Source: Guillardia theta CCMP2712 (lineage: Eukaryota > Protista > Cryptophyta). Taken from it: a stretch of 46,883 nt of DNA. Below the pieces are notes generated by a model that ran no database searches, was not told the DNA's origin, and worked only from the letters and a program-made list of their open reading frames with translations. The stretch spans positions 107,456-154,338 of the forward strand of contig NW_005434535.1 of the NCBI RefSeq assembly GCF_000315625.1, given 5' to 3'. Below are positions 12,034-24,850 of this stretch, in pieces (the first letter of the stretch is position 1; each line of letters starts with the position of its first letter). The position numbers and the translations under genes were made by a program.

Positions 12034-13255
12034 AGAGCACGAGAAGGAGCAGGAGCAGGAGCAGACGACGGATCAGAATGGATGTTTTATTGATCTGCTC
12101 ACTCTACTTCATCTGACAGATCCTTGGCAACGTCATCTCGAAGAAGAATCTCCGAGCATGCATCAGCTCATCAGGGCAGAGAGGGTGCAGGCCCACGAAG
12201 CGAGGATACGTCACGGTGAATCAGGGGCCAACCAAGCTCGCATGCATCCATGCTCCCAATGGCTCGGGAATATGCTGGCCAGGGGGCAAGTCGGGATACA
12301 ACAAATCGATGCAGGTGAGAGAATGGGTTTGTTTTGAAGTTTCTGCTTCTTTTCTGTAGTCTTGATCGATGGTAACTCTTAATGTTGCAGCCGTAGTAGT
12401 TGAACGGGCCATAGGGCAATCTTTCTATTTATTCTTTCTAGGAGCAGTAAGTTTTGGTTGGGTACTGCCAAGTGAGCAGGCAAAAAGTTTTCGAGTGCTC
12501 CTTCAGCCATTCGGTTTTGTACAGCAAGAGCTCAAACATCAAAAAGAGAAGAAAATCTCAAAGAAACACACTTGCAAAAAGATAGCAAACCCTTCGCATA
12601 CATGAAGCAACAAATCTCACCTGGATAGAGGAACTTGCAGAGAAACCTGACGGGTGTGTTTTGTGTGCGGCAGACCCCTCATACTTTCGCCAACATCTCA
12701 TCATGTCAAAGAGTGCAACAAGTGACTGTCGTCACGCACATCTTCGTAAGGAAAGTTTCTTTGATCATCGGGGGAGCTCACACGACACCAGCAAGCATGT
12801 CCTTCCTGCCCCACTGCCCTCGACACCCATCTGAACGCATCGGATTAACCCTTCACAAGATACTCAGCATCGTGATCGCGCTGTTGGAGCAGCGCAAGTC
12901 ACTGTGGCTCGGCCTTTCGTCCTCATAGCGTCCATGCCGGGCTGTGAGGAGCGAGGACGGGACGACATACATGCTTTGGAGACGCGGAGCTCACGCACAC
13001 AACCATGCAGGAGCGCCAGAGGTCATCGTCTGCAGAACAGAATCATGGACGTTAGGCACGGGGATAAGTATGCAACAACACACCATTCTGATTGAAAACT
13101 ACATCTTGATGAATCATCGCAGGGATCTTCAAACCAACAACCTTTCAATTTCTACCCTTCCAGACCCGAGAGTTGTGTTTGACATACCGCAGAGACATGT
13201 GCCCCTTCTAAGATCCATGCTCAACACTTTCGAGTTTCGTCTTGAAATGACCTAA
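11837..13255 (+). CDS. Possible hypothetical protein, exon structure unresolved
   Basis: Exon-like segments bounded by AG/GT (about 12119-12313) and a terminal ORF ...RSEDGTTYMLWRRG...FEFRLEMT*. No homology recognised. Confidence 0.3.
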
Positions 13256-13730
13256 CACACAGAAAGATGGTTCAAAGACGAGGCAGATCTGAGGGGAAAC
13301 TCGAAAGGGGTTCTCAATGAAACTGTCTCGCTAGACTCATTCTATCTTCGTCAGCCATGGTAAGGAAAGGCATCATCTGAGTTCGCCTGCGCTTCATGCA
13401 TGCGCTCCCCCTCATCCTGCTAATTCGCCATTCCTGTCCCCCTCGTTCCCTCCTGTCTCCCTTCCCTTGTCCCACTTTGCTGTCTTACCTGGGCTCGACC
13501 GCCATGGCTGCGAGTGCGCAGTTTTCAGAAGTTGGATCTCTTAGTTTTCAAATCTTCTGCGACAATTTCAACAAGTTCATCATCCTTTAAGACACCCACC
13601 CCCAACCCTACCCCCTGGTATATCTCTAAAACAGACATTGTGAATACCCCTTGTTTTTGCTGTACAACACCGGGTCAATGATGTACCCTACCCCTTTTCT
13701 ACGAACACCTACCCCCCTCCACGTGTCGAC

Positions 13731-14652
13731 ATGGTGCGGGGAGCGGCGAAAGCGCAAGCGCAAGAGCGAGCCCAGAAGAAGGTGAAGAGGAGAGGAGAGG
13801 AGAGGAGAGGAGAGGAGAGGGGGGAGGAAGGGGCAGCATTCGGATGAAACTGCAGGTAAACGAAGGAGGAATAAACGTCGGAGATTTGAGGGAGATGGAT
13901 AGATAATTGAGGATAGAGGATATCGTTGAGAAGAGAAAATCAAGTTGAGGGAAGGAGAGTTGTAAGGTATCATGTCGTCTGCAACGCACTACACCGAAAC
14001 ATTGAGTTGGAGGGGTGAGGAAGAAGGGGCGAAAGAAGCTGCTCGATACATAAAAGTAGAGAATAGAGGAGGGATAACACGCAGCACGCGATGAATGAGA
14101 TGTGTGACGGGAGGGAAAGATGGATCAGAAGTCAGAATGCTGATGTATCGAGTTGCCGGCATGACGTAGGAGGTTGAGACATTGAGTGGGAAGTAATGAA
14201 GGCAGAGAGTAGGGGACAAGGTTCCTATTGCTGCTCCTGAAGCTCACTTGTTACTGCTCAGGCTGCCAAGATGTCTAAGAGCGGGTCCCAACTCGAAGAT
14301 CAGAAGAAGGGATTGAAGCTGATGTGCCCGGCTTGCAAGGTAGGGCGTTGGGGAGGAAGGAGCTTTCGAGGAGATGACACGTCGGGTCTGCAGACCTTGA
14401 TGCCTTCCTACAAGATCTTTCAGGCTCATCATGAGTCAAAACATCCAGGGCCCTGTCCAACAGAGGAAGCGATACAGGTCGATACCTATCCATGTTGCCT
14501 ATCAAGTGCGCTGCGGGGTCCTCCCCGTCTTGTCCCTTTGTGACCTCCTCCTTGTCCTCTTCCATGCTTCTGCTCTTCGTCAACAGCTTCTTCTTACTTC
14601 AGCTCCTCTTGATCCTTCGCACCAAGTTGAACTTGCTCAGGTTTCCGGATGA
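13731..14652 (+). CDS. ZNF706/At2g23090-like small zinc-finger protein, 4 exons
   Basis: Spliced: MVRGAAKAQAQERAQKK|AAKMSKSGSQLEDQKKGLKLMCPACK|TLMPSYKIFQAHHESKHPGPCPTEEAIQ|VSG*. Basic N-terminus plus a CxxC...HxESKHP signature. Confidence 0.85.
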
Positions 14653-14665
14653 TTGCTACTAGACT

Positions 14666-16800
14666 TCATTTTTCCACGACATAGTTCGCAAAGTTTTTCG
14701 AGAGGACAAGGCCAAATCTCTCCGAATGTATAGAAGAGATAATTATCAATGCTACCCTGCTCCCCCCCGGCATACACCTTGTGAAGGAGTAGAAGGAGCA
14801 TGACGGCGGGGAGGGGGAGAACCCTCTACCCGCAATTACCACTCCTTGGGCTTGCTTGATGTTGGTGTCGTTGGAGTATCCCAGAAGCAAACACCCCCGA
14901 TACCTGTTGTGCGAGTGAGCGAGGAAGGAGGGAGGGGAATGGGGGAAGAAGAGAAGGAGGAGAAGGAGGGACAACAGAGAAAGGGAGTAGGACACAGGAG
15001 ATAGGGTAGGATAGTAGGAGGATGAGTGGGAATGGGTCGCACCACAGTGGTCGCGCAGGCACATGCCAAAGACGGCAACGCTCTCGGACAAGTCGAAGTT
15101 GTCCTGTAGGAAGGAGGATCAGCTCTTTGCGGACGGTCGCCACTGGCAGGGTCGGGGCAGGCCCACCATGTCGAGGGGAACGAGGCACTCCCCGTTGGCC
15201 GTCTCTACCGCGTCGTTGTCGCAAGTCTCACTCCACAGCCCTGTGAACGAGGTCAGACCTGATTCCACGTCATCGCTGCGTCAAGGACCGGGCAGAGCCT
15301 TAATGTAGTTGGTCAGCTCCTCCTGGCTCACGGCAGGCCTGCGAAGCAGACAAAATCTCAGAGATGTAAGGAGGAAAACTTTGAAACAAAACATCGGTCT
15401 CTGTCTCTGCCTCTGCCTCTGCCTGTATGACCTGTCGTTTCTTTCATCCACCTTCCCCTCCCTAATTATCTTTCTGTTCCATCTCTCTGTATCAATGATG
15501 CCGACTTTCGTCTTAAAGCTTCTCCACACTAAGTTGTCAAGCAACAGCATTCCATGGCTTGAAGTGCATTCAACCTGCCATCCTTGGACACATCGACCGT
15601 GTCCACGATGCCGCTCGCCTTCTCAATCACACGCCGCTGTGGGGCAACAGGGTGAAAAGCTTCCCGAGATAATTGCGAGACGACAGCAAGACAGGACAAG
15701 TACGAGGAATGTGGAAACGAGGGCAGGTAGGGGAAGAGGTGGGGGGAAGGTGGGGACATGGTAAAGAGTGGAGGAGGGGAAAGTGAGCGGAGGAGATGGA
15801 GCAGGTGAAGAAGCAGGTGAAGAAGCAGGTGAAGAAGCAGGTGAAGGAGCAGGTTCAAGATTACCATGACGTCCTTGGGAATCGCTCGAGTGTTTCCAGG
15901 AACATCCTCCAGAGCTTTCTCGAAAGACATTCGGAGAGATGCAATCTGAGTGGTGGTGGTGGAGGAGGAGGAGGAGGAGATGGAGGAGGAGGAGGAGATG
16001 GAGGAGTATCAAAGTCAGTTCCCTCGTGTGCAGGGCTGGACGAAGGGACCTGCTCGTCGGTGAGCTCGAAACGAGTCTTCCATAATGAGATGCGCCTTTC
16101 CTCTTCCTCCAGACCTCTCTCTCCTCCTGCACAGCCTTCAGCTTCCTGAACAGGAAACTCCTCCTCCCCTCTTCCTCATCCTCTTTCATATGATCACATC
16201 AATCCTCATCCTTGCTTTCCATATTCCCAATGCTTACCGTCGTATTCATCATCGCTCACGTCATTCAATTTGTCATCAAAAGTTGAACTTGTGTACACAT
16301 GTGTCCATCACAATCACAATCACAATCACAATCACAATCACAATCACAATCACAATCACAATCACAATCACAATCTTGACCATCTTTTTTCATAATCATC
16401 ACCATCTCCATCTCCATACTCTCCTCACCATCTCCATAACCATCTCCTCACAATCTCCATAACCACTCTATCACCTTCACAATCACCATGATCATCTCCA
16501 TCATTAATATCATCACCACGATCATTCGCAGCACCAGCTCTTACCGGCCTCGAGCGGAGATTCCTTGACAGCTCTCAAGGGGATCAAGTCGACCTTGTTT
16601 CCTCTCACCGGCAAAAGGAATCTGGGGACAGACGAGACCCGGGCAGGATTGCGGCCAACAGCGCGGAGACCAGCAGGGCTGGGAGCAACAGAGAAAGCAG
16701 AAACTGCCTGTATGCTTGGGAGAAGATTAGTTGGAAGATCGCAAGAGGCATGTGGCGGTGCGAGGGCAGAATGGCGCGGGAAAAACCCATCACAGAATGA
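14666..16800 (-). CDS. Hypothetical, probably plastid-targeted, protein with an EF-hand-like segment
   Basis: AVSAFSVAPS motif followed by a basic transit-like stretch. Exons RRISLWKTRFELTDEQ|IASLRMSFEKALED...|...IVDTVDVSKDG|RPAVSQEELTNYIKAL. Start and end uncertain. Confidence 0.45.
16306..16375 (+). repeat. (ATCACA)n microsatellite, intronic
   Basis: About 11 tandem ATCACA units. Confidence 0.9.
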
Positions 16801-18431
16801 GGGGCGTATCTCAGGGAGAGGAAGGGTAAGGAGGGGAGAGCTCCCTATGCGAGCAGGGGCTTTGCGATGGAGCCAATACGTAGCAATGGATGAGAGTCGT
16901 TTCCATAAGACATCTTTCTTCTTGTATCTCAACTCGCTCCTGACTATCTACGTTCTTAACTTCCGTATGCCCGCCCACCCCCTCCTCCCCTTCCCACATT
17001 CATATGCCCATCTCTTCCCTTGAAGACCCACCTCCATATCTCCTTCCTCTGAACACTCTATCGTTACTCCCCTCTCTCCCTATCCTCCTCCTCCTCCTCC
17101 TCCTCCTCCTCCTCCTCCTCCTCTCACCACAAAGCGCCCAAGGCTGCCGCCCGAAACGACGCCATAATCCTTGATCAACAAGCGATTGTAATCCTAAAAC
17201 ACATGTATAAACTCTGGTAGACCTGCTGGAGAATAAAACATATATAAATATTGAGTAAAGTTTAATAATTGCCTGGATAAAAGCCCAGGAAATCGGAGGA
17301 CGTTTAAAAGTGTTTTAGGGGTTGTAAAACGAAAACATGAGGAGGGAAAGCAACATGGGAGGGGGAGGAGGGGACGGGAGGGGACGGGAGGGGACGGGAC
17401 GGGACAGGACGGGACAGGACGGGACGGGAGGCAAGGCGGATCAGGTGGAAGTGAGCAATATGCGATTGCATCAGGGAGAACGGGAGGAATGGAAGCGAAT
17501 CCAATGAGCAGATTCGGATGAGTGCATGTTTGTGCCAGAAGGCCTGCAAAGGGGCACTGAAAAAGTCTCCTCCCCTCTCCCCCTCCTCCATCTACGAGTG
17601 AGGCTAGAGATGAGGGTCGTCAGTACACTAGCATAAGGTGTCTTCGCTGTACAATTCCCTGATACGAAACTCTAAGGATACGAAAAGAAAGATGCTGGGA
17701 AATGATGTAGGTACAAGATTCTTCACCGATTTGCAATAAACATATGTCCAAACAAACCAAGGAATCAAGAGCTGTGTGTAACTGAAGCGAACGTTTTCTT
17801 CTTTGTTGTTGTCCGTAGTGGCGACGATAGCAACATCATCGTTGACGATGACGATGACGATGGCGATGGCGATGACGATGACGATGACCACGATTACAAG
17901 GACGACACCGACGACAACGGTGGTGGTCATAGTGGTGGAGGAGGAAGAGGTGGAGGTGGAGGAGGAAGAGGTGGTGGTGTCAATGATTCCACCCACGGCC
18001 TTAGCGGAGCCCATGGGGCGAAGCCTTATACGATTCACCTGCCTTGTTGTCTCGAGCTCCCACGCCCTCAAGCCTTCCCAAGGTTGACAACACAGGTGCT
18101 ATACCTGACCACTACCTGCCTGTTATTCCCTGCCCGCTCCACGCCACTGACGTTGCGCTGTAAAGGCGGATAGAGGTCAAGCTCAGGGGCTCCAACCAAG
18201 AATCTCACGCTGAGCACCAGGTAGTCATGGCAAACTTGTTCATGACGAATAGTATGACAGAGGGATGCCGTTGAGCTCTGTTGGGGACAAGGGGCAGGTA
18301 AGTGACACTCTCGATCCTGGTGGGGAACACTTGGAGAAAGATCTAGTTAATTCATTCAATTTGTAGTTCTGTTAAAAGTCTTTCCTCCAATGACTCATCT
18401 ATTCTTGTAATTGTCGCAACCACGTTGCTTC

Positions 18432-18479
18432 TTACAGTCTGTTGCCCATGAAGGCGGAGGAGTTGAAGTTCACATTTGC

Positions 18480-18534
<55 letters not shown>

Positions 18535-19483
18535 CCGCCGCTAGTGCTTGAGTTGCTGCTGGTTGGCGTCAAGGAGAGGCTTCCAGCATTCAGCTGTCCA
18601 AGAGGATTCAGCCCTGTCTGCTGCTGAAAGATCGATGAGCCCAGGTTCTGTGACACGATAGAGGAGAAGAGCGTCTGATATTGCTGTGCATACGCCTCCT
18701 GCTGCGCCTCCAGCTGTTGCATGTACATCCGAGCAAAGTCGCTCATGCCGGCATTGACCTGGACGTTGCCTTGAGCAGACGCAAAGTTCATCCCTGTCGA
18801 CGACAACAGCGTGCCTTGCCCGAACAGCAGCGAAGGTCCCGACGGCGTACCGACGCTGCTCCCCCTACGACGATCGGGTGTGCGCGATGGGCCGCTGGGT
18901 GTACCACACTGGAGAAAGACCCGAAGGCCGAGGACCCACCGACTGTTCCAGCAGCAGCTCCAGACTGATGCGCTGGTTCGGACCTTGCAGCCGGAGGGGC
19001 ATTGGGGGCGTGAGCATCGCCCTCCTTGGCTGACGTGGCAGCGCTTGTCTGAGACGCCCCAAGACCTTGTCGGTGCTTCAATTCCTCTGGGGTCCAGAGG
19101 TGCCTCGTCGCCTGCGACCAGCTCCGCCCACTCCACACGTCCCTGATCGTCTTCGGAGTCACTCCGTACTTGGGAGCGACGGTCTTGCAGTGCAGCATGG
19201 AGCCTCTCCTCCGGTAGCCGTCGGCGTGAAACTTTGGTCTGAGCATGTAGATTTCGCACGCTTCCTCCGCTGACAGCTGCTGCTTCTTCGTTCCCAGTTG
19301 CTTCGCTCCTCGATCGCCTTCACTAGCAATGCCCTCCTTGTCGTCGGACTCTGATTCTGAAGAAGCTGGATTCACAACCTCGTCGGGTTTCGTTGCTCCA
19401 GCTTGAGTTGTCGCTTCTTTTCCTTCAGTCTTGGACGCTATTGACTCCGTCTTGCTTGCAGATTTGTCTGGTGCGAACATCAT
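18432..19483 (-). CDS. Putative HTH DNA-binding protein / transcription factor with poly-Gln tail, 2 coding exons
   Basis: Domain KQQLSAEEACEIYMLRPK...VAPKYGVTPKTIRDVWSGRSWSQATRHLW has an HTH pattern (A-x-x-Y-G-V-x-x-x-T-I-R-D-x-W). A GT-AG intron at about 18850-18795 joins it to a Q-rich C-terminus with a CAG tract at 18478-18532. Confidence 0.75.
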
Positions 19484-20699
19484 GGAATTCGAGACGATGG
19501 CCTGGCAAAGAACGCAATCATTAGGCATTATCGATATGCGTGCAGCAAAGAATTTGCAGCAGAAAATAAGAGCCAACATGACAGCCACTCATCGTCAATT
19601 AACTGGCATAACAAGTTGTGAAAATGCAGAGTGCGGTACTGATGCTGAAGCAGAATATGCGAATGACTGTGAGGAACAAACGTGATGTATTCTGATGTAT
19701 GTGGTTGCTATACTCTCTCTAAAAGCTCGAAAAAGCTGCAGCAAATGCTACTCCTACCTCCGCGAACAAGCGAAGGTTTTGCAATGTCCCTTCAATCCAA
19801 CCTAACTTTTTCCTCTCCTTGAAACATTCTGCTATATACGTGCATCTTTCCTCGCGCCTCTCTCACACACATCGATCTCCGCTTCCCCCTTCCATCTCCC
19901 CCTTCCTGCCTCATTCCCCCACGCCCATGCTTCCGCGCTCCCTCGCTGGCGACAGGACACTCGTGACCTGCTGACAATTTATATACCCTGAGCTCCCCTG
20001 ACACTACCCCTACCCCCTGGATCCCGATGAGAAGTCATCTGGTGGGACCCCACCCCTCCCTTGCTCCTATTTGAGATCAAATAGCACTTCCCTCCCCTTC
20101 CCTCCCCTGGTTCTACCACCCCCTGTTCCCAATCCCCAACAGGTCCCACCCTCCGCTCGTTGTAAACTGTGTAAAGCGTCAGCCATCGGAAAGCAAACGT
20201 CCACCCCACCCACCCCCCTCATTTTGTAATGACCCCTGGTAGTAAAGGCCCGTAACAGGAAAAAAGAACCAGAATCTTTTCGGGGTTCATGTCTCGTCAA
20301 GGGGGGGGGGGTAGGGTGTATCGAGGATACATGAAGATTGGTTTTCCCAAACAACTGAAGAGGATTCAGTAGGTAGGGTACCTCACCCTACCCATCGGGT
20401 GCCTTGCGCATTAGAGATGCAAGCTCGTAGCCCTTGCGAGACCTTGAGGTTACACCTTATTTCCTCATTTCCAGGTCCCATTTGTAAAATACACTTTTAA
20501 TATCTCCACCCCTGGTGGGTCCATACCCACCCCTCTGAACCTAAGGGTACAAAGGAACCCCACCCCTTGAAGAATAAGGAACGGTCTTAAAAAAGATGGA
20601 TTCCGGCCAGACGCTATCTCCGAGTACCCCACCTGTTCCTGAAGTACCCCCCACCTCCTCAATAGCTTGGATATGACGGTCAAGGACGTTTGGCCTCCT

Positions 20700-22150
20700 T
20701 TGCCTCCTTCCCAACTGTCACAAGGATGCTGACGTCCCAAAGACCGAAATAATGTCTTTTGAAAGATAGCTTTTGTAAACAGAAGCTTTGTGAAGTTCTT
20801 CGCTGACAGGAGCTGACGTTGATGACGTCTTTATCTGCAGATTGACTTCTTTGATGACTTCCAGAATCCCGCACTTTGGTTCACTAGGGGTCCATCACGG
20901 GGCCTCTTGCACCAAAGACCAGTAAAATGGAAGGTTGCTGACAGATCTCCATGTAGTAAAGATATTTCCTCGTGATCTTACGGCTCTGGAGGCTGCATAA
21001 AACATTTTTTAAAAAAAAAAATGTGGAAAAAAAAAAAGGGAAAGCCATAGAAGGGTAAGAGGTCAGTAGGGAGAGTTCCAGGGGAATCAGCCAAGAGGGT
21101 TGGGGGGCGTGGAGCGGCGCTAGGGCAACTGCGAAGGAGAGGAGGGGAGGGAGGGAACAATGAAGGTCCCATAAGGAGTCCGGAGCCAGCATCAGAGGAA
21201 GAGGAAGGGAAGGAGCTGCGATTAGAGAGAGAGAAGTCGAGCGATGGGCAAGCGGGGCAACCATGCTAGGGCCGCTTGTGAAGAGAGGAAGGACCAGGTA
21301 GGGAGAAGAAGGAAGTTTGGATAAGGTTGGACATTAGAACATGATGCCGTGAGATGGAGCAAGGAGCACAGAGTAAAAGCATAGGAGGGGGGCAGGGTCA
21401 GGTATCGACCCACAAGGGGGCACGAGGACAAGGACCGGGACTAAACGGGCCACGAGATCACTTCAGTCTGTAGAGTCGACTTCTTACACACCAGGTGGTA
21501 GTTCAGCTCTTGTTTACTGTCGCGATAAGTTTCCTCACGGTCCAGACATGCTTCTGTTAGATGCTTGTGTTGGTTTATGGATGAATTTCATGGACAGGAC
21601 ATATCATGGACTCTTCTGGACGCACGCGTCGGCAGCAACCCCGTCGGCCAAGAGCAGCTCATCTCTCCATAGCCCTGCAGAGTTGCCAGCTGCCAGCAAA
21701 ACCTTCTCCTCGAGCCGCTTGTAGATGAAACCTTCCGACTTGTCGGGCTGGGCGATGGGCAGAAGTCAGCAAGAATGAGGGCGATGGAAAGGCTGCGCGA
21801 CTTGTGCAGACTTGTCGAGGCGCAGGTCAGCAAGGGACATGAATGTATGCTGGTAGGATACCTGCCATGGAGCCCACTAGCCTATGAGCATGGATAGGGA
21901 GGACCACTGCGCCGCTGCCCAGTCCCACCTCCCTTTCTTTCTCCGCATCCTCACCCCCCCCCGCCCCCCTCGCAGCTCCTCTTGCTTCCCTTGGCAGGAA
22001 GGACTTCACCAGGGCGGAACGCTGAGAGCCTCTGGAGCAGTTCGGGGGGCCGAGCTGAGGGTAGGAAGGCAGTCAGGGAAGAGTGCAGGCAGCTGGGCAA
22101 GAGCTCGAGAGCTGGAGGAGCGACGAATGCGAAGTCATCAAGACACCAAG
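20700..22150 (-). CDS. Possible hypothetical multi-exon gene
   Basis: Exon-like segments (PDKSEGFIYKRLEEK; LDREETYRDSKQELNYHLVCKK; GILEVIKEVNLQIK) separated by CT-rich intron-like tracts. No confident model. Confidence 0.25.
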
Positions 22151-22630
22151 AGATCCAAGGACGAATAAAGACAAGCTGTAAGATGACTCCACCATGTAAG
22201 ATAACTCCTTGCGCGCACACGCACACACGCGCACAAACAAAAGAGTTATGAAGTTCTTATGATCGGCACATCGAGGGGTTTGGGTATGACGTTTCTAACC
22301 CTCCATTCACGATCATGATTGATGTATTGAACTTACTCTCAAACCCTGCCTTTAACCCTTGAAACAATGTTGCATTTGATAACGCTTGAAGCACCAGCAG
22401 TGTAAAGGAATTGCGACATTTTGGATGCCACTACTGCATGGTCCCATCTAAACGGCTTGGTTGGCGGACTAAATTTCCTCTTCCTTGACTCTCTGGGAAC
22501 TGGACAGGGTCAGCGTATGAAGTAAGTTACGAACGTGGCGAGTGATTCGGGTCACATCACATCTTCATAACCAACCAACAACAAACACAACTACAGCAAC
22601 AACACCATTCTGAGCGCTAGAATCAAGACT

Positions 22631-24383
22631 TTACAGCATCATGGTTGTGCTTGACTTTGCCTTCACCCTGTTCCTTCCGCTCATCTTCGGAGAGGAGCTG
22701 TCAGGAACAGACTGGCGAGTCACAACCCTGCTCTGCTTGCCCTCCATCCGCGCATGAGGGATCGCACCCGCCCTGTCAGTGCTCTTCTGAGGAGCATGGG
22801 AAATGATGTCACTGACGACATCGGCGTGCTTGCTGGGAACCGCGTCCTCCTGGTTAGCAAGAGGAAGAGCGGAAGGAGCAGGAGGAGGAGGAAGGTGGAA
22901 GAACGGCTGAACATGAACGCCCTGAAGTGAGGGTGGCTGCGACATCAGCATGCTGTGGAGCTGCGAAAGGCAATCCCTGCAAGAAGGAGAAGGGGCGTAA
23001 GCGGACGAGGAATAATAAGCATAAGAGATGAAGAAAATGGAGACAGTCGGGACGAGGAGAGGAGTAAAGGAGAAAAAGGAGGGAGGAGGGAGGAGGAGGA
23101 AGAGGAGGGAGGAGGGAGGAGGGAGGAGCAGGAGGGAAGAGGGAGGAGGAGGAGGAGGAGGAGGAGGAGGAGGAGGAGGAGGGAGGGGGGGAGGGCAAGG
23201 GCAAGGGCAAGGGCAAGGGCAAGGAGGAGTAGATCAATATCTTGATAGCGAGATGACCAGCAAGGCTTACTTGAGCTCCGAGTCGTTGTCATGGTCCTCA
23301 CTTATCCTCTTAGCGACGTTGCATGCCATCTGCGGGTCAGTCAAGACGCTCCTTCTTCATCGACCGCGGGAGGAACCTGAACTTTGGCGAAGAGATCGAC
23401 GTAGAAGTCGACCTGGTCCTCAGCGCTCTCGAGCCGCCGTCGCAACGATGCCAACTGCTGGTGCTTCTTCTGGAGGGCCGCGATCTTGTCCAGCTCCGAC
23501 ACTGCATCACTTTCACGGAGATCGGAGGAGGCCTATCATCAACAGGAGTCAAGCTCAGATATTAGCTCGGCATCAGCTCGGTAGAACCTGTCTTGAACCA
23601 GAGGAAGCGGAGGATAGCGGGGGGCTGAACCGACCATTAGGGCTGACCCTTGCACCCTGCTTGACGCTCATGGCATTCTGGTGATGTTCTTGTTGCGGCT
23701 GCCCTTTAGGGGCTGACGGGTTTGGAAGTGATTGGCCTCCACTCCACTTAGCACCTTGTTCGTGAACGAACTGACTCATGAATCGGTTCCCGGCATCCAC
23801 CCCCCTGAAGCACCATCGAGCGTCAAACAACCTAATGATTGTGGGGCCGGGGAACTGGCAGCTTTGTTTGTCCTTTCTATCCTAGCTATCATGGATGTCT
23901 CTCCTCTCAAACAGAGCCTTGTTGCCATCAACACCATCAATTCATTCCTAACTGAGCCGCAACTGCAGCAGAGGGTCGTGTGCGCTTGTTGACCCAGGAG
24001 TTTCTCTACATTCACCCCTCCTTCATACCGTCTGAACAACCCTGTAAGTAGATGACACATGGAGTAGGGTCTGAAAGACACGGTGTGGTGGAGAGCGGGA
24101 GCCTCTAGGCTTGGGAAGAACACTCGGGCAACATGAGCAGGGTGGTGCAATAACAAGTGTGGCAAGAAGAGGCAGCACTCCTGCTTCTCCTCCTTCTCCT
24201 CTCTGCCCCTCCTCCTGCTCCTTCTTCTTCTCTTCCTTCTCCTTCTCCTGCTCCTGCTTCTCCGCCTCTTCCTCCTCCTGCTTCTCCTCCTTCTCTGTAT
24301 CCTCCTCCTCCACCACCTCATCCTCATCCTCCTGCTCCCCCTCCCCCTCCCCCTCTCACTCCCTTTCCTCTTCATTTGCCATG
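22631..24383 (-). CDS. Hypothetical protein with a coiled-coil segment
   Basis: Exon ...ESDAVSELDKIAALQKKHQQLASLRRRLESAEDQVDFYVDLFAKVQ|MACNVAKRISEDHDNDSELK and a terminal P/S-rich exon ending KSSTTMML* at 22631. Confidence 0.5.
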
Positions 24384-24850
24384 TCCTAGATTGTGACTCC
24401 CGACCACCCCCCGTCCCTCCTACTACCCCACCTCATATCGGGAAAACAAGAACTCTCGGATCCTGTGATGTCACGGGGGGTGGGTCACGTTGTTCTATAA
24501 TTGGGGTGGGTACTTTTCCGTTAAAGGAGTAGGTGGGGTCAATGGAAGCAACGTCAGAGGTGTTTGACTTTTTTTTGGAAGCAAGGGGTGGAAGGACCCT
24601 ACCAATAGTCAACGATGGGTAGGTATGGGATTCAGGTGGGGTACATTAGGATAAAGTGTCGATCAGGGCGGGTGGGGGTGGATGGACAGGAACATTTTAC
24701 ATGCTGAAACTCCGAGGGGTGGGGTAGTCTGAAATAAGTACCGGTGTTTTTGATGAATAATGCAGGGGTCCAGACATCCAAATCGGAGTCTGCCGGGTGG
24801 GTCCTTATGGGAAGGTGTGGTGGGTAAGTGGGGGTACTGGCGCCGCTGCA

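Noticed and set aside
11913-12116. SR-rich splicing-factor-like ORF
   Set aside because: Translation of a (GAGCAG)n microsatellite; no RRM.
17600-18330. Possible gene between the EF-hand-like and HTH genes
   Set aside because: No consistent exon chain or motif could be built.
23270-23530. EB1-like C-terminal motif (EDQVDFYVDLFAKVQ)
   Set aside because: Weak resemblance only, and no recognisable CH domain upstream.
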